A stretch of 64,000 nt of DNA from a virus (lineage: Duplodnaviria > Caudoviricetes), in IMG/VR virus record IMGVR_UViG_2890906962_000004, positions 1-64,000 of that record; one strand, given 5' to 3'. Positions within the stretch are counted from its first letter, which is position 1. The number at the start of each line of letters is the position of its first letter. Shown piece by piece: positions 46,536-59,115 of this stretch. The position numbers and the translations under genes were made by a program. The notes under the pieces were generated by a model. It was given only the letters and a program-made list of their open reading frames with translations. It did no database searches and was not told the DNA's origin.

Positions 46536-49500
46536 AACAAGAAAAGACTCAGCTAGGGATAATTTTAGCGATTGAGGAAGCCAGTACGGAGCAGCTCAAG
46601 GCGTTATCCCGTATTGAAAATGCACTCTCAACAAACGGCCCCGTCACCACGCAAACAACCGTAGCGCCTACGCCTAGCGCCTCAATGCAAGGTGTAACGG
46701 TTAAAGCTAAGCGTAGGACTCGCGGTGCGCAATCAAGCGTACCAGTGAGTGATAATGCTCAGAATGATGACCTAGCCAAAAAGATTGCTGAGCAAATCGC
46801 TAAGGTGAACACACCGTTTGATAAGCATCGGGCACAGCGCAAAGAGCAGGAACGCGATAGCAAGGGACGTTTTATCTCTGCCGAAGCCCTGCGTAATTTG
46901 AGTGAATCGAAGCTATACAATACCACGGTTGCCAGTAATGAGCGGGTTAATGCCGCTGAGACGGACAGCGGTGTAGCCCGTCAAAATGCGGTAAGTGCTG
47001 GCGTAGCTGACTTGCCTCTGATGAAAAACATTAGAAGCCTTAGTGAGACTATTGCTGAACAGACCTCGGAAGTCGTTCGGATCGATAAGAACGGGCGCAA
47101 GCGTGACAGTAACGGCCGTTTTCTCTCGAAGGAAAAAGCCGATGAATTGAAAGCAAAAAACGGCGATAAAACCAAAAGTGCAGACGGTAAATTACAAGAC
47201 GGTTTCCTAAAGCGATTAGGCTCCGCGCTGACTGAGCATGGCAATAGAAACGTGCAAAATGACGGCGCTGATATTGTTGGTACCGCAGCTGGTGGCGCAC
47301 TTTGGCAAATGGGGCGCGGTGCGTGGGATATTGCGAGCACCGCGAAAGATAACGCGGTTTCCGTCAATGATTGGCGTAAAAAGCACTTTTCCCGTGGTCC
47401 TGAAAGCAAGTCAACTGACACAGCCGGTCATGCTGAGGTAAATAACCATCCAACATCGGGCAATCTGGCATTAAAACCTGCCGTTATTTATCCGCCTGTC
47501 ACCGCTAAGCCTGTAACGCCCTCAAACGCTCCTGACGCCTCCAAAGAAATATTTGAGGATAACGCCAAGAAAGAGCAAGTTAAGGCCACAGAGAAGCAAA
47601 CAGCCACGCTCAGCGCCAAAGATGACGCAATTATTAAAAACCAAGAGGAAGAACTAGAACTCTTAAAGAAGATTGCGCACAACGGCTCTGCTAACGATCC
47701 CCTGGGGAATGGCCTGTTTAAAAAACTATTCGGTAAATTCGGTCGCCGTGATGGGGCTGGCCGTAGCCGGAGTCAATCGCGCCGGAATAAGAAATCGGGC
47801 AGATTAGAGCGGCTAAAGGACAAGTTTAGGCGTAAAAACCCTAGCACTGAGCCGAATGTAGACGAAAAGGCGAAAAAGTCTGGTAAGCCTAGTAAGACCA
47901 AACCCACCACAACAGCCAACGATAAATCAAAGCCTGAAACGACTGATAAAGCGAAGACGTCCACGGCCGACATCGACAAAGCCAAGCCAAAAGTGAGCAC
48001 GGCCAGTAATACAACACCTGAAAAAGCCACTAAACCAACGTTGAAAGACGGGGGGAAAATTACCGTTCAGTCAGAAAAATCGGTAATGGCTGCAGGGGGC
48101 GTCAGTTTTGGCGAAGCCGCTAATGATGCCGTAAGTGCCTCTGAAAAAGTTGGCGGTAAAACGTTAGCAAAAGAAGCCTTTAAAACAGGCGGTAAAGTTG
48201 CGCTGAAAACCGGACTTAAAACCATTCCGATCATTGGTACCGCAGCTGGTGTCGCATGGGATGCGGCAGACGGTTACAACGACACCGAAGGGCAGAAAAA
48301 AGCCTTTGATCTAAAAGACGGCCAAGAGGCTACAAAGCGCGAAAAAACTGAAATGTCAGCCGCGAATGTAGCCGGATTAGGGGGATTGGTACCGCTTGCC
48401 TCGCAAGGTGCATCATGGCTGGCTAACAAAGCCGGATTCACGGATAAGACTGACGCACTAGACATTGATACATCTGATCTCGCTAAGGGGATCCATAAAG
48501 GCGTGGGTGCGGTGGGTGCTGCGGCAACTGGTGCGTATTCCCTGGCTAAAGGATTGTTTAGTACCAGCAGTGATGACAAGGCCGCGCAAGCCGCACAAAT
48601 GCAGCAAGTTACTGATATTACCAATGCTGTTAAATCGGGATCTGCCGATACGGTTAACGCTATTGACCGACTCACTAAACAGTTAGAAGGGGGAAAATTC
48701 GGTGAAGATGGCGTTGGTTCCGTAGGGACCAAAACAGCCGATTACCAAGCACCGGCAACAAGTACCATTGTTTCTGGCCCTAACGGCTTAAATATTGGCG
48801 GTATACACGCGGCGAACCGTAACTTTAGAAACAATAATTTCGGTAACTTGAATTTTGTTGGTCAAGAAGGCGCGGTACTGGAAGACACACCAGGGAAAGG
48901 ACAAGCGCGCTTTGCCCGTTTTGCGACACCGGAAGACGGCTTTAGGGCACTGGCTAACCAAGTCTCAAGCTATGCAAACGGCACAAGTAAAGCTGCAGGC
49001 TACCAACAGCTTAATACCGTTCAGGACATTATCAGTAAGTGGGCTCCACCTAACGAGAACGACACCGGAAAATATATCCAGACCATATCGGCAAGTCTCG
49101 GCGTTAAGCCTACCGATAAAATCAACACTGCCGATCCGCAAGTGATGACGAAACTTATCCGGGCTATCTCGACCTATGAGGGCGGAAATCCAACGGTAAG
49201 TGATGGGTATATTCAAAACAGTATCGGCTCTGAGGACGCGACTACGCATAAATGGGGTGGCGGTAGCTACAGCAAAGAAAGCCAGGAGTACATGGCTAAG
49301 CATGGCATTAGCGCTGCCAAAGGAATGCAGCCGGTAGCTAACGCAACCGCGACCAGTGCCGCTAAAACCGCTGAAACCATCAAGGCCGCAAGCCTTCCTG
49401 ATGCTGAAAACCCAGCAACCGTTACGGCCACGCCTAGCACCACTGATGAAAGCAGCCTATCCAGTAAGTTGCCACGTATCGCTGAGGTTATGTCCGATAT

Positions 49501-50422
49501 TGGCAACACTAACTGGCTCGATAAGGGGGCTGAGGGTTCCGCGAAAGCCGATCATTACCTCACAGAAAAGCTTGAGAAGGTATCAGGTCAGCATGTTGGT
49601 TTTCGCCGTGCAACGTCTGATCTAACGCTTCCGAAAAATTCCGGCCCGGTGCCGGAGTCGATTAAAGCCGCCATGGCATCGCCAGACCAGATAGCGAAGG
49701 CGCAAGCACCTGACTTGTCAGTGCGCGACTACGGACAGCCAAGCAGTAACGCTGTTACACCAGTCTCACAAGCCGATGATGGCGTGATCCCTGCAAGTAT
49801 GGTCAATCGTGCTTTCCCTGTATCACCGGCACAGCAAGGAAAAGGTTTAGGCGGCGCGCTGAGTCAACAGGCTACACCTGAGAAGGGCGGCGAAGGGTTC
49901 TTTGGTTCTATCGGGAGTTTCTTTTCTGGCGTAGGCCATTCAGCCATGAAGGCGGTACCACAGGCGTTAAGCACCGTGGGCGATATTGCTATGCCGGCCG
50001 CTCAAGGGTTACTCGGAAACATCGTGGGGGATCTAGGTGGACAAGTAACTAATTCCATCGGTTCGCCAATTATTAAATCCCTCGCAAGCCCATTTATTAA
50101 CAAAGGAGTAAGCGCCGCTAATAGTTTTATTCAATCCCCTCAACAAGCCGTTTCATCGTTCAGTATGCCGCAAGTCTTACCCACCGTGACTGACCTTGCC
50201 AAAAGTGGCGCAAGCAATGCCATGCAGCAAATCACCGCGCAGATGCCGCCGGACATAGCCAAAGCTCTGCAACAGCTAGTGGATCTGACTAAGCAATCAC
50301 TGGACGCTCAGAAAAACAAAGGCGACATGAAACCAGACGTTGTAACGCACGGCGGCCAAAAAGCGCCTAAGCATGACGACAAATTTAGTGACAGTGCGCT
50401 CGATGCGCTATTGGAGGACTAA
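46532..50422 (+). CDS. sit: tape measure protein with muralytic domain (Sit-like)
   Basis: 1296 aa; RNNNFGNL..FARF.TPE.G.RAL..I..WAP..ENDT..Y lysozyme-like domain. Confidence 0.85.
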   Translation: MKQEKTQLGIILAIEEASTEQLKALSRIENALSTNGPVTTQTTVAPTPSASMQGVTVKAKRRTRGAQSSVPVSDNAQNDDLAKKIAEQIAKVNTPFDKHRAQRKEQERDSKGRFISAEALRNLSESKLYNTTVASNERVNAAETDSGVARQNAVSAGVADLPLMKNIRSLSETIAEQTSEVVRIDKNGRKRDSNGRFLSKEKADELKAKNGDKTKSADGKLQDGFLKRLGSALTEHGNRNVQNDGADIVGTAAGGALWQMGRGAWDIASTAKDNAVSVNDWRKKHFSRGPESKSTDTAGHAEVNNHPTSGNLALKPAVIYPPVTAKPVTPSNAPDASKEIFEDNAKKEQVKATEKQTATLSAKDDAIIKNQEEELELLKKIAHNGSANDPLGNGLFKKLFGKFGRRDGAGRSRSQSRRNKKSGRLERLKDKFRRKNPSTEPNVDEKAKKSGKPSKTKPTTTANDKSKPETTDKAKTSTADIDKAKPKVSTASNTTPEKATKPTLKDGGKITVQSEKSVMAAGGVSFGEAANDAVSASEKVGGKTLAKEAFKTGGKVALKTGLKTIPIIGTAAGVAWDAADGYNDTEGQKKAFDLKDGQEATKREKTEMSAANVAGLGGLVPLASQGASWLANKAGFTDKTDALDIDTSDLAKGIHKGVGAVGAAATGAYSLAKGLFSTSSDDKAAQAAQMQQVTDITNAVKSGSADTVNAIDRLTKQLEGGKFGEDGVGSVGTKTADYQAPATSTIVSGPNGLNIGGIHAANRNFRNNNFGNLNFVGQEGAVLEDTPGKGQARFARFATPEDGFRALANQVSSYANGTSKAAGYQQLNTVQDIISKWAPPNENDTGKYIQTISASLGVKPTDKINTADPQVMTKLIRAISTYEGGNPTVSDGYIQNSIGSEDATTHKWGGGSYSKESQEYMAKHGISAAKGMQPVANATATSAAKTAETIKAASLPDAENPATVTATPSTTDESSLSSKLPRIAEVMSDIGNTNWLDKGAEGSAKADHYLTEKLEKVSGQHVGFRRATSDLTLPKNSGPVPESIKAAMASPDQIAKAQAPDLSVRDYGQPSSNAVTPVSQADDGVIPASMVNRAFPVSPAQQGKGLGGALSQQATPEKGGEGFFGSIGSFFSGVGHSAMKAVPQALSTVGDIAMPAAQGLLGNIVGDLGGQVTNSIGSPIIKSLASPFINKGVSAANSFIQSPQQAVSSFSMPQVLPTVTDLAKSGASNAMQQITAQMPPDIAKALQQLVDLTKQSLDAQKNKGDMKPDVVTHGGQKAPKHDDKFSDSALDALLED

Positions 50423-50425
50423 TCA

Positions 50426-50782
50426 TTGATTAACGAAATCGACCCGTTCGCGCGCGCTGACGCTAACGGGATTATTCAACTAGAAGGGGGCGCGGCCTGG
50501 ATGGCGCGCCTAGAGGAATGGCTTCACACACCGATTGGCTCTGTTTTTGGTGCGCCGGCGTGGGGCAGTCCTTTGGATGAATTCAGGCACGAGCCGACAG
50601 GCAGCGTAGAGAACCACGTGTTAGAGGTGGCGATCGAGAGCCGCGTAGCCAAAAAGCTTAATGAAGATATGCCGGGCTTTGCCTTACAGGCGATTCGTTG
50701 CGAATCACTCAGCATCGACCTACTAAAAATCTCTTTTGTGTCAGCCGGTGGACGGTATGACGCGCAATTATCACTTACTTAG
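50426..50782 (+). CDS. PmgA-like baseplate wedge protein
   Basis: RL.EWL.TP.G.V.G.P.WG; 118 aa; synteny. Confidence 0.8.
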   Translation: MINEIDPFARADANGIIQLEGGAAWMARLEEWLHTPIGSVFGAPAWGSPLDEFRHEPTGSVENHVLEVAIESRVAKKLNEDMPGFALQAIRCESLSIDLLKISFVSAGGRYDAQLSLT

Positions 50783-50790
50783 GTTTAACG

Positions 50791-52224
50791 ATGGATATTC
50801 AGACACTAACCGACAAGTTTAACAACACGATCAAGGGTAACTCCTGGTGGGCGAAGTTTGCTAATAGCCAATTCATTCAGATGATGGGGATTTTCGCCGG
50901 GCAGATTATCTATATTGCGCAAAATTACGCCTCACGTGCACTGACTGAGGGCTTTATCTCTACTGCGACCAAGCGTACAAGTATTTTGGCCGCGGCTGAG
51001 GATAGGGGGTACGTGGGCCGCTTCATTATCCCATCCACGGGTACCATTCAAGTTACCAATAAATCCACGAGCACGATTACCGCGCCGGCAGGAATGGAAA
51101 TGCTGACTAACGACCAGACGGTGATCACGCTACTTGAAACCCGACAAATTAAGCCAGGGGAAACCGCTACCGGGCTGCAGGTGTCGCAAATTGAGAAAGT
51201 GAGCGTTGATTATCCGGTAGCCGCGCAAACGCCATTCTTAACCGTGCTACTTGATACGGACCTGACACAAGAGGTAGCAGACCTCTCTGTTTCGGTTATC
51301 TCAGACGGCGGCGAAGTAGAGTGGAAGCTTAACCCGTTATTCCGCATGTCGCGCGAAACAAGCGAACATTACGTGATGGTGTACCGTCCTACGGAGCAAT
51401 TAGGGGTGCGCTTTGGTAATGGGCAAATGGGGAAAATGCCACCAGCCGGCAGCACCGTGCGCATGACGGTGAGCGCGAGTCGCGGTGATTACACGTTAGC
51501 GATTAACCAACCGTTAACCCCTGCAGGGGATTACGCGACACTTGCGAGTGTTCTTGATATTAAAAACGACTCCGCTATTCGTTCCGGTGCCGGCCATGAA
51601 ACCACAGAAGAAACGCGTAACCGTGCGCAATACTACGTACCGTATGACGGGCAAGTAGTGTGGGGCGGCGATTATCGTTATTACATCCAAAACAAGGTGC
51701 CTAATCTAGCCTGGTTAAACGTGTGGGGTGAACAGCAACAGGAGCAAGCTACGGGTGTACAGGACGTATCGAACATCAACAAGATTTTCTTTTGCGGTCA
51801 TCGTCCGGGCTACTCACAGGCAGAAGTGCAAGCGATGATTTATGACGCTATCGGCACGATCCCCAACGAGATGAACAAGCGGTACCAATACGTACCGGTA
51901 AACGAAAAGCCGTTTGCTATCAACGTGACGGGCATTGCGAAAAAGAACGTGATCCTGAATGAAGCCATCAACGAAATCAAAGACACCTTAGAGAAAAACT
52001 TTGGACATGACTCGTCAAAGTTCGGCGAATTATTTGAGAATGATTCCTCGTCTAACCGGATTTACGCCCAGGTGAAAGTTAAAGACCTTTGGAACGCCAT
52101 CGAGAAGCTAGGGATTATGATCAGCTATGACATTCAACTGAATGGCTTCACTCAAGCGGTCAACCTTAATGACTTTGTTTACCTCGACTTAACCAAGTCC
52201 ACTTTCACGCTCAACTACCCATAA
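50791..52224 (+). CDS. BplA-like baseplate wedge protein
   Basis: 477 aa; EGFISTAT.R.SILAAAE, FG.G..G..P. Confidence 0.85.
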   Translation: MDIQTLTDKFNNTIKGNSWWAKFANSQFIQMMGIFAGQIIYIAQNYASRALTEGFISTATKRTSILAAAEDRGYVGRFIIPSTGTIQVTNKSTSTITAPAGMEMLTNDQTVITLLETRQIKPGETATGLQVSQIEKVSVDYPVAAQTPFLTVLLDTDLTQEVADLSVSVISDGGEVEWKLNPLFRMSRETSEHYVMVYRPTEQLGVRFGNGQMGKMPPAGSTVRMTVSASRGDYTLAINQPLTPAGDYATLASVLDIKNDSAIRSGAGHETTEETRNRAQYYVPYDGQVVWGGDYRYYIQNKVPNLAWLNVWGEQQQEQATGVQDVSNINKIFFCGHRPGYSQAEVQAMIYDAIGTIPNEMNKRYQYVPVNEKPFAINVTGIAKKNVILNEAINEIKDTLEKNFGHDSSKFGELFENDSSSNRIYAQVKVKDLWNAIEKLGIMISYDIQLNGFTQAVNLNDFVYLDLTKSTFTLNYP

Positions 52225-52234
52225 GAGGCGCGCC

Positions 52235-53083
52235 ATGATTAAAGATTGGTTTAAAAACAGGCTTGTCCCGGATAAGCAAAATACTGAGCTATGGTCCTCA
52301 TTCGCTGAGGCCATCCAGACACTTTATGAGGGTGAAATAGAGCCGATTATTAAGCGTATTTCTGATAGGCGCTCGTTCTTCTCAATGGACCCGGAAGACC
52401 TTGATACCCGTACCGCCGAGTACGGGCGATTCTTTGTAATGGGGGAGGTGGATCAGTCTCAAAAAGCGATGCTCTTAACGCAGCGTTTAGATGAAATCCA
52501 TTTTAAGGGGACGACCCGACCGATTGAGCAAACATTCTGGCGTGAATTCGGTAATTTACCCGTGTCTTGGCAACCGCTTTATGCGCCAGTAAACACCGAT
52601 AAATACCCGTATGGCACGTACCTGATCACTGAGGACGCAATCTCAGTCGCTAAAACGACCTATGGTGAATTCTTCCTGACTTCACGAGGCAATATTCAGG
52701 TCGATTTAAACGCGCTGTATGAGTATTACGGCATTGGCGATCGGGACAACATCATCAAGACGTTGCTTGAAAAGTTTGACCTGATAATTGCGCCGCTTAT
52801 GCCGTTGCACATGGTATTTGATGGGATCTCGTTGCTATTAGCCTTCAAATTGGCCGATAAAGCCGAACGATTCACACTGTTTGAGCAGGTAGTCAGTATT
52901 GCAGGGATGAAATGGAGCGCGAAAGCTGACAACCTCACGACCGTTGGTTTAACTGCAGGGACGTATCTCAATGCTTACCGTTCGGATAACAGCATGACTC
53001 AGGTAGCATTAAGCATGGATCAATACCCTCTTGATGCCTGGCTACTCGATGCGCCGCCGGTGAATGCTTTGGTCCAACCGTAA
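52235..53083 (+). CDS. P1 gp16-like baseplate protein
   Basis: QRLDEIHFKGT..PI...WREF; synteny. Confidence 0.8.
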   Translation: MIKDWFKNRLVPDKQNTELWSSFAEAIQTLYEGEIEPIIKRISDRRSFFSMDPEDLDTRTAEYGRFFVMGEVDQSQKAMLLTQRLDEIHFKGTTRPIEQTFWREFGNLPVSWQPLYAPVNTDKYPYGTYLITEDAISVAKTTYGEFFLTSRGNIQVDLNALYEYYGIGDRDNIIKTLLEKFDLIIAPLMPLHMVFDGISLLLAFKLADKAERFTLFEQVVSIAGMKWSAKADNLTTVGLTAGTYLNAYRSDNSMTQVALSMDQYPLDAWLLDAPPVNALVQP

Positions 53084-53088
53084 TACGC

Positions 53089-53112
53089 CGCAAATCTCTA
53101 ACTCCATACCCT
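53089..53112 (+). promoter_or_regulatory. putative late promoter of the tail fibre operon
   Basis: CGCAAATCTCTAAC + 4 nt + TACCCT. Confidence 0.75.
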
Positions 53113-53143
53113 CGCTAACTTACATTATCGAGGGTATTTTTTT

Positions 53144-53596
53144 ATGTCTGATGTTATTAGCGTCCCGGCCAGTGCGCAGGGTACCGTCTATAAAGCTCAA
53201 TTACTTGATTACTACTACACTCGCCGAGCAGCTTCCGCTATCGGTCAAGGCTCGCGCTTTCAGATGGTTAAAGCATGGTGGGGAACCTCAAGCCTCGTCA
53301 CCGCTAACCCGGCTGGTGGCTTCAAAATCGCCGATATTCCTACGAATTTCACCAATAACCAACTTCTGAACAAGTTCGCTGAAAGTCAGCTCGTTTGTAC
53401 GCTAGTTGGATCCACAATCAACATTTCTACCGTGGTACCGCAAGGCTCTCTGAAAGACGGTCAGGTGAGTAACTTTAATACGTTATGCCTTGTTGATGAC
53501 CAGAATAATGTTTTTGCCGTCCTATGCGCGCAACAGGACACCATTTTTAAAGGCAAAGACTACTCAATGTTCGTGTCGATTGAGCAGAGGGCATAA
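53144..53596 (+). CDS. gpR-like tail fibre structure/assembly protein
   Basis: YK.QLLDYYY.RRA.S.I..GSRF; directly before the fibre. Confidence 0.8.
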   Translation: MSDVISVPASAQGTVYKAQLLDYYYTRRAASAIGQGSRFQMVKAWWGTSSLVTANPAGGFKIADIPTNFTNNQLLNKFAESQLVCTLVGSTINISTVVPQGSLKDGQVSNFNTLCLVDDQNNVFAVLCAQQDTIFKGKDYSMFVSIEQRA

Positions 53597-53598
53597 GC

Positions 53599-56500
53599 AT
53601 GGCGACAGTTGGATTTTCTCAGGACAACTCATTGCCATTGATGGCTGATATTCAATACATGGAGCCTTACGCTTCCAGTGCATTGAACCGTAAATTTAAA
53701 AACATTCTTTTAGCCGGATTCTATAGCGGTTATATCCCGTTGCCGGGCAGTGGCCTAAACGTCCTCATTACCTCGGCGCAATCAGCCGGTGGGTTAGGGA
53801 CAGGCGTTGCCTCAATCGACACTAACGGCTTTCAAATCTCAGTACAGCAAAATGCTGACATTACGGTGCCTCTTGCGGCCGGTAAGTCCTACATTATTGC
53901 GCTGCAAGCCGATTACCAGTTTGGTACCGTCACAAATCAGGTCGATGCTAACTCTACCGTTCAAGCTTCGCAGCTTGTGACGCTCGACATTAACGCTAAG
54001 TTACAGTCTAACCAGATTGAGTTATGCCGCGTTGTCATTCCGGCAGGAGCTAAGCAAATCACCAAAGCGATGATCAGTACGCTTTACCGCGTTGACCGCT
54101 TAATCGGTATTACTCTCAGTGACCGTATCGACCTTGCCGACAGTAATACCGGCGCAAGCTCTCAGGCAGTTAAGACCGCCTATGAAACGGCCGTGAAATA
54201 CGCTGATGACAATAAAGCCGCAATCGGCGTTAACAGCGATATTACGGACCTTAACGCAATTAAATCCCTGGGTAAAAATGCCCTTGCGATTGGTGGCTAT
54301 GTTTCGATTAATAACGGAATGGCCGTCACTGCAGAGTCACGCTTTTCTAGCGGTGCTTTCGCCGATCCGTTTTATGGGCGTACCTTTGCCGTTAAGGTCA
54401 ATGGTGGGATGGCCGTTAACGGTGACTCATTTTTCAATAATGCGCTGACAGTCAAAGGAAGCGTAAGCATCACAAACGGCGCGTCTATAGTTGGCGACCT
54501 AACCGTTGACGATGTAACCATTACAGGAACCGTTGTCGGTGCAATGCCTTCACGCGCCCTACCAACGAACTATGCTGATCCGGTATGGCATAAAATTGCC
54601 AACATCCCCAACGCTGGCGCAGGTGCTAACTGGTTAACGTTAATGTTAACTTCCGGCAACTATGGCGGCTCTCAGATGGGCCATGACGTGCTTAGTTTCA
54701 CTGGACGTAATATGCCAGTGAAAGATACGCCATGGACTAATGACGTAGCTCAGAAATACGTTAATCACGTACAACTGATGGTAGCCTCAGCGAACGGCGC
54801 GCAAATCGGCGTTGTGGCGAATATTTCTGGCGGTGTGTATCAGTCTTTCGACTTCTACATTAAAGCGCCTCAATGGTTTAATGGCGCAACAGTCAGTATT
54901 ACGGGCGGTACGGGTTATAACTACTACGGTAACAACCTTACATCGGTTAAGGCTGAGCCAACAGGCATCCAGTACATTACGCCAGTAACCGTACTGACTA
55001 CGCTCTCGCCGAAATATGACCTTTCGCAAGCGGATATGAACCTTAACTCGTTGAACCTCAACAATCCGTTAAGCGTTCAAAGTGGTGGTACAGGTGCGCG
55101 AAATGCAACGGATGCGCGCAATAACCTGGGACTTGGCTCTGCGGCAGTCTGCAACATCGGGACCAGCGGCCGAAACGTTCCTTTGTTGAATTCATCAAAC
55201 ACTTGGGACACGCCTCAGACCTTTAATGACGGCATGAAGGTTAATGATGAAATCACATCAAGCTCGGCTAACGCCTTCCGTCTTGTTTCCAGCGGTAACG
55301 GCGCAATTTTACGTAAAGACAACGGTTCCTTTTTCTTCCTAGTTGCAACTGATAACAACGGCTTAGGTTCTTGGAACGCATTACGACCATTGCAGATCAG
55401 CATGAGCACAGGCTTGCTACAGAGTTCAAACGGGCAAGTCTTTGGCGGTAACACAACCATCAATGACACGTTAACGCTTAAAAATTCCCTGGCTATGAGT
55501 AGCGGCGGTACCGGCGCAAACAACCTCGCCGATGCGCGCTCAAACTTGCAACTCGACCGCCTCAGACAAGGCGACACTGAAACGCAGTTAATGAGTGCGA
55601 AAGGTACTAACTATCTCTATGTAAGCGAAACTTCATGGGGATGTTACACCGCCGGAAATGGCTATTTAGCACTTGCTGTAGGGCAAGGTGGTACCGGCGC
55701 AACTGACGCTGCGGGCGCGCGTAATAATCTTGGTCTAGGTTCTGCAGCTGTAATGACCTCTACTACAGCAAATTATGATGGGCTATCAGGCAAAACGACA
55801 GAGGTTGCGAATACAACACAGCTTGTTCAGCTACGTGAGGCCGCTGCTCTGAAAGGGAAAGAAAACACCTTTACGCAGCTGCAGCACGTCCCTGGTTTGG
55901 ACATTACGACCGCCCCTGGCGGCTCTAATGGCATATTTGGCGGCTCTGGCGATGGTGCGAGCTACGACAAATATAACCTGCAAATTTCATCCTGGTACGG
56001 CATTGGCCTCTATGATACTGCTGGAAAGAAAACAAATATTGTTTTCAACGTCCGTACCGGTGGTATGAACATGACCGGTAATATTAATGCTAATGCGCTA
56101 AGTACCGATAACGACATTAATTCCAGTGGTTATGTAATTACCAATAAAGAGTTTATTTCTAAAGGTCAAAATGGGCTACGCATTGCTAATGGTGGTAATG
56201 GTGTCCTTTTACGCAAAGACGGCGGTACGTTTTATATCCTATCCGTTGCAGATGATACGAACACTACGACCTGGAATACCTTACGTCCATTCTCTATTGA
56301 TGTAGCGAGTGGCCGCGTGACCATGGCAAACGGGCAGATCCTTGCTGGTGGGCAGACGTTATCGGGTAACACAACGATCAACGACACACTGACACTGGCT
56401 AACGCCTTATCTATCTCCAACGGTGGTACCGGCGCAAAAGATGCAGCCGGCGCGCGTAATAACCTTGGGCTTGGTTCAGCCGCGTTAATGACAACCACAA

Positions 56501-59115
56501 GTGCAAGCTATGATGGCATGTCAGGACTAGCCACGGAGGCTGCAAGCACCGCTCACCTGGTACAGCTTAGAAACGCTGCTGCACTTAAAGGTCAAGCTAA
56601 CACGTTCGGACCGACTCAAAGTTTTCAAGGTGGATTAGCATTACCTAGCGCTCCTGGGGGGCAAGCAGCCAGTAACGGGCTATTTAATGGTCCGGCTGAC
56701 GGCTCAGACTATAGCAAGTACAACGTAGAATTACGTACCTGGTGGGGCTTAGCAATCCGTGATACCTGCAACAACAAAACGAATATCGTTTTTGATGCAC
56801 GAACAGGCGATATGGACACGGTAGGTACCGTTAATACGAAAAACCTGAATGTCGCCGGTAACTTTTTAACTCTGATTGGCTCTGGCACTTCTAATGCGCA
56901 ATTAGGCTCAGGCAGTAGCGATATTTATCTCTACAACACCAAAAGCGCTAAACATCTTCAATTGAAAGATGACGGTACACTACAATACGAAAACCAGATG
57001 ATTTATCACACTGGTAATAAGCCGAGTATGCAGGAGCTTTTAAACTCCGACGAAACTACTGGTAATCTTCAAACTATTTCGACTGGTGATGATCTCAACG
57101 ACTATAAAACCTGCGGGATGTGGGTGTGTCGCTCGGTCAATACTAATGCAACCAATGCGCCTGTAACCAATGCTCGCTACAACTTAACCGTCATACATAC
57201 AGGGGTTTCAGAGAACGGCACGACTCAGATTGCTTATGTGAGTAGCGATGCCGCGCGACCGCGCGTATATGTTCGCTGCTACTCAAATAAAACGTGGTCA
57301 CTATGGGTTGATATGGCGTCTAACGTCTTCCCTAATGGCGCGACTGTTAAGCAGAGTTTAACCGTTGATGGCGGGGACCTGACCGTTAACACCGGCTATT
57401 TCCGTGGGATTGATAACTATCACTACCTATATGTGGGTACCCGTTATTCAAACGTGCCTGAATTGGGGACGTGGGGCGGTTATTTCGGGCTAAAAGACAC
57501 GAATACCGGTACAACAACGACTAAATTTGAGTCGGGTAAAATCACAACGCTTGGAAACATTCTTGCGGCCAGTGATAACTCCATGATCAGCATTGGTAAC
57601 GATGGTGATTTTGCCCTGGTTAAGAAGTCAGGCACGAAAGCTAAGATAATGGTAGGTAACGGAACACCGTTTATCGTTACGCTTTCCAATGCGGCAACCG
57701 TTGATCCGAGTAACACGCAAACTGACCTATTCCGTGTCGATACTGACGGCTCAGGAACGTTTAAAAATAACGTACAAGTTAACGGTAGTCGCATAACGGT
57801 AGTGGGCGCTGGTACATCAAACCTCAACATTGGATCCGGTAGTGCTGACGTTTACCTGCAGAACAGTAAAACGAACAAGTTTCTACAGCTGAGCGATGAC
57901 GGATTTTTACGTTACTCAGGCAGCAAGGTTTACCATGAAGGCAACAAGCCTACGACCGCTGAGCTAGGTTTCTCGATCGACAACAACCGCTATTACAACG
58001 CGAACGATGATAAGCGTAAGTGGGTTCGCGTTGCGATTGTCAATCTTCCTCAAGGTGGTCAATGTGCGTATCTGACTATTGTAGGTGGTGCTGGCTATAA
58101 CGCGGGTTCAAAAGGCCAAGCAGCTAAAACTGAGATTATCTTACGGGCAGGTAACGGCTCGCCGGCCAACTCCATTACTGCAGTGGCTTATGTGCAAGGT
58201 TCTACTCCGATTGATCCAGCTGGCGGCTTTGGATGGAAATTCATAAGCGGTGATAATTATGAAATTTGGGCCAATGTCCGTAATTATACTCAAGGCCATA
58301 TTGTCGAAGGACGCGCAAGCAGTGGGGTCTTAATTGATTACAGTGACGCTGCACAGGCTGACGAACCTGACGGGCTTACTGACGGTACCATTTACTACAT
58401 TCAGTACGATGAAAAAGTAACAATAGACGAAATGTACCCGGTAGGTGCTCCGATTCCGTGGCCTTCTGATTCGTTACCATCTGATAACTACGCGTTCATG
58501 ACGGGCCAAACCTTTGATAAGGACAAATACCCTAAACTTACGAAGGCTTACCCTAGCGGCAGTATTCCAGATATGCGCGGTAGGACAATTAAAGGCAAGC
58601 CAGCGAGCGGAAGAAGTGTACTTTCTTATGAGGATGATGGGAACAAACGCCATGGGCATGGTGGCGGGATTGCAGGAACCGATTTAGGGACCAAAACTAC
58701 CTCCGGTGTAGGCGATCATGGGCACCATATGGACTTTTGGACACAAAGCAATGGTGGGCATAGCCACCATATGGATTTCTGGACTGAAGGCGGCGGCGGG
58801 CACTCACATAGCATACCCGGAAGTATTGTTACTCAAGATGGTAATACACGTGCAGTTTCGGGTGGTAGCGTTGGTGTGTGGAGTGCGAACAAGCAGACTA
58901 GCTCAGTAGGTGACCACGGGCACCACATTAACGCAGATACACAAGGCGGCGGCGATCACGGACACCAAGTAACAGGTGATACGTGGGGGAGCGGTGGACA
59001 CTCCCATACAGTCGGTATTGGCTCGCACGGGCACGCATTGACAATAAATGTAGATGGTAATGATGAAGTTACCGTTAAAAACTTGGCTTTTAATTATATT
59101 GTGAGATTGGCATGA
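53599..59115 (+). CDS. long tail fibre (gpS-like N-terminus, collar domain, His-rich tip)
   Basis: ADIQY.EPY.S.ALNRKF; GGTGA..ARNNLGL repeats; [15 protein letters not shown] collar; HxH repeats; [12 protein letters not shown] end. Confidence 0.93.
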   Translation: MATVGFSQDNSLPLMADIQYMEPYASSALNRKFKNILLAGFYSGYIPLPGSGLNVLITSAQSAGGLGTGVASIDTNGFQISVQQNADITVPLAAGKSYIIALQADYQFGTVTNQVDANSTVQASQLVTLDINAKLQSNQIELCRVVIPAGAKQITKAMISTLYRVDRLIGITLSDRIDLADSNTGASSQAVKTAYETAVKYADDNKAAIGVNSDITDLNAIKSLGKNALAIGGYVSINNGMAVTAESRFSSGAFADPFYGRTFAVKVNGGMAVNGDSFFNNALTVKGSVSITNGASIVGDLTVDDVTITGTVVGAMPSRALPTNYADPVWHKIANIPNAGAGANWLTLMLTSGNYGGSQMGHDVLSFTGRNMPVKDTPWTNDVAQKYVNHVQLMVASANGAQIGVVANISGGVYQSFDFYIKAPQWFNGATVSITGGTGYNYYGNNLTSVKAEPTGIQYITPVTVLTTLSPKYDLSQADMNLNSLNLNNPLSVQSGGTGARNATDARNNLGLGSAAVCNIGTSGRNVPLLNSSNTWDTPQTFNDGMKVNDEITSSSANAFRLVSSGNGAILRKDNGSFFFLVATDNNGLGSWNALRPLQISMSTGLLQSSNGQVFGGNTTINDTLTLKNSLAMSSGGTGANNLADARSNLQLDRLRQGDTETQLMSAKGTNYLYVSETSWGCYTAGNGYLALAVGQGGTGATDAAGARNNLGLGSAAVMTSTTANYDGLSGKTTEVANTTQLVQLREAAALKGKENTFTQLQHVPGLDITTAPGGSNGIFGGSGDGASYDKYNLQISSWYGIGLYDTAGKKTNIVFNVRTGGMNMTGNINANALSTDNDINSSGYVITNKEFISKGQNGLRIANGGNGVLLRKDGGTFYILSVADDTNTTTWNTLRPFSIDVASGRVTMANGQILAGGQTLSGNTTINDTLTLANALSISNGGTGAKDAAGARNNLGLGSAALMTTTSASYDGMSGLATEAASTAHLVQLRNAAALKGQANTFGPTQSFQGGLALPSAPGGQAASNGLFNGPADGSDYSKYNVELRTWWGLAIRDTCNNKTNIVFDARTGDMDTVGTVNTKNLNVAGNFLTLIGSGTSNAQLGSGSSDIYLYNTKSAKHLQLKDDGTLQYENQMIYHTGNKPSMQELLNSDETTGNLQTISTGDDLNDYKTCGMWVCRSVNTNATNAPVTNARYNLTVIHTGVSENGTTQIAYVSSDAARPRVYVRCYSNKTWSLWVDMASNVFPNGATVKQSLTVDGGDLTVNTGYFRGIDNYHYLYVGTRYSNVPELGTWGGYFGLKDTNTGTTTTKFESGKITTLGNILAASDNSMISIGNDGDFALVKKSGTKAKIMVGNGTPFIVTLSNAATVDPSNTQTDLFRVDTDGSGTFKNNVQVNGSRITVVGAGTSNLNIGSGSADVYLQNSKTNKFLQLSDDGFLRYSGSKVYHEGNKPTTAELGFSIDNNRYYNANDDKRKWVRVAIVNLPQGGQCAYLTIVGGAGYNAGSKGQAAKTEIILRAGNGSPANSITAVAYVQGSTPIDPAGGFGWKFISGDNYEIWANVRNYTQGHIVEGRASSGVLIDYSDAAQADEPDGLTDGTIYYIQYDEKVTIDEMYPVGAPIPWPSDSLPSDNYAFMTGQTFDKDKYPKLTKAYPSGSIPDMRGRTIKGKPASGRSVLSYEDDGNKRHGHGGGIAGTDLGTKTTSGVGDHGHHMDFWTQSNGGHSHHMDFWTEGGGGHSHSIPGSIVTQDGNTRAVSGGSVGVWSANKQTSSVGDHGHHINADTQGGGDHGHQVTGDTWGSGGHSHTVGIGSHGHALTINVDGNDEVTVKNLAFNYIVRLA

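Noticed and set aside
46981-49625. Numerous antisense and alternate-frame ORFs within the tape measure (likewise in capsid, sheath and fibre genes)
   Set aside because: No recognisable motifs; typical shadow ORFs of long genes
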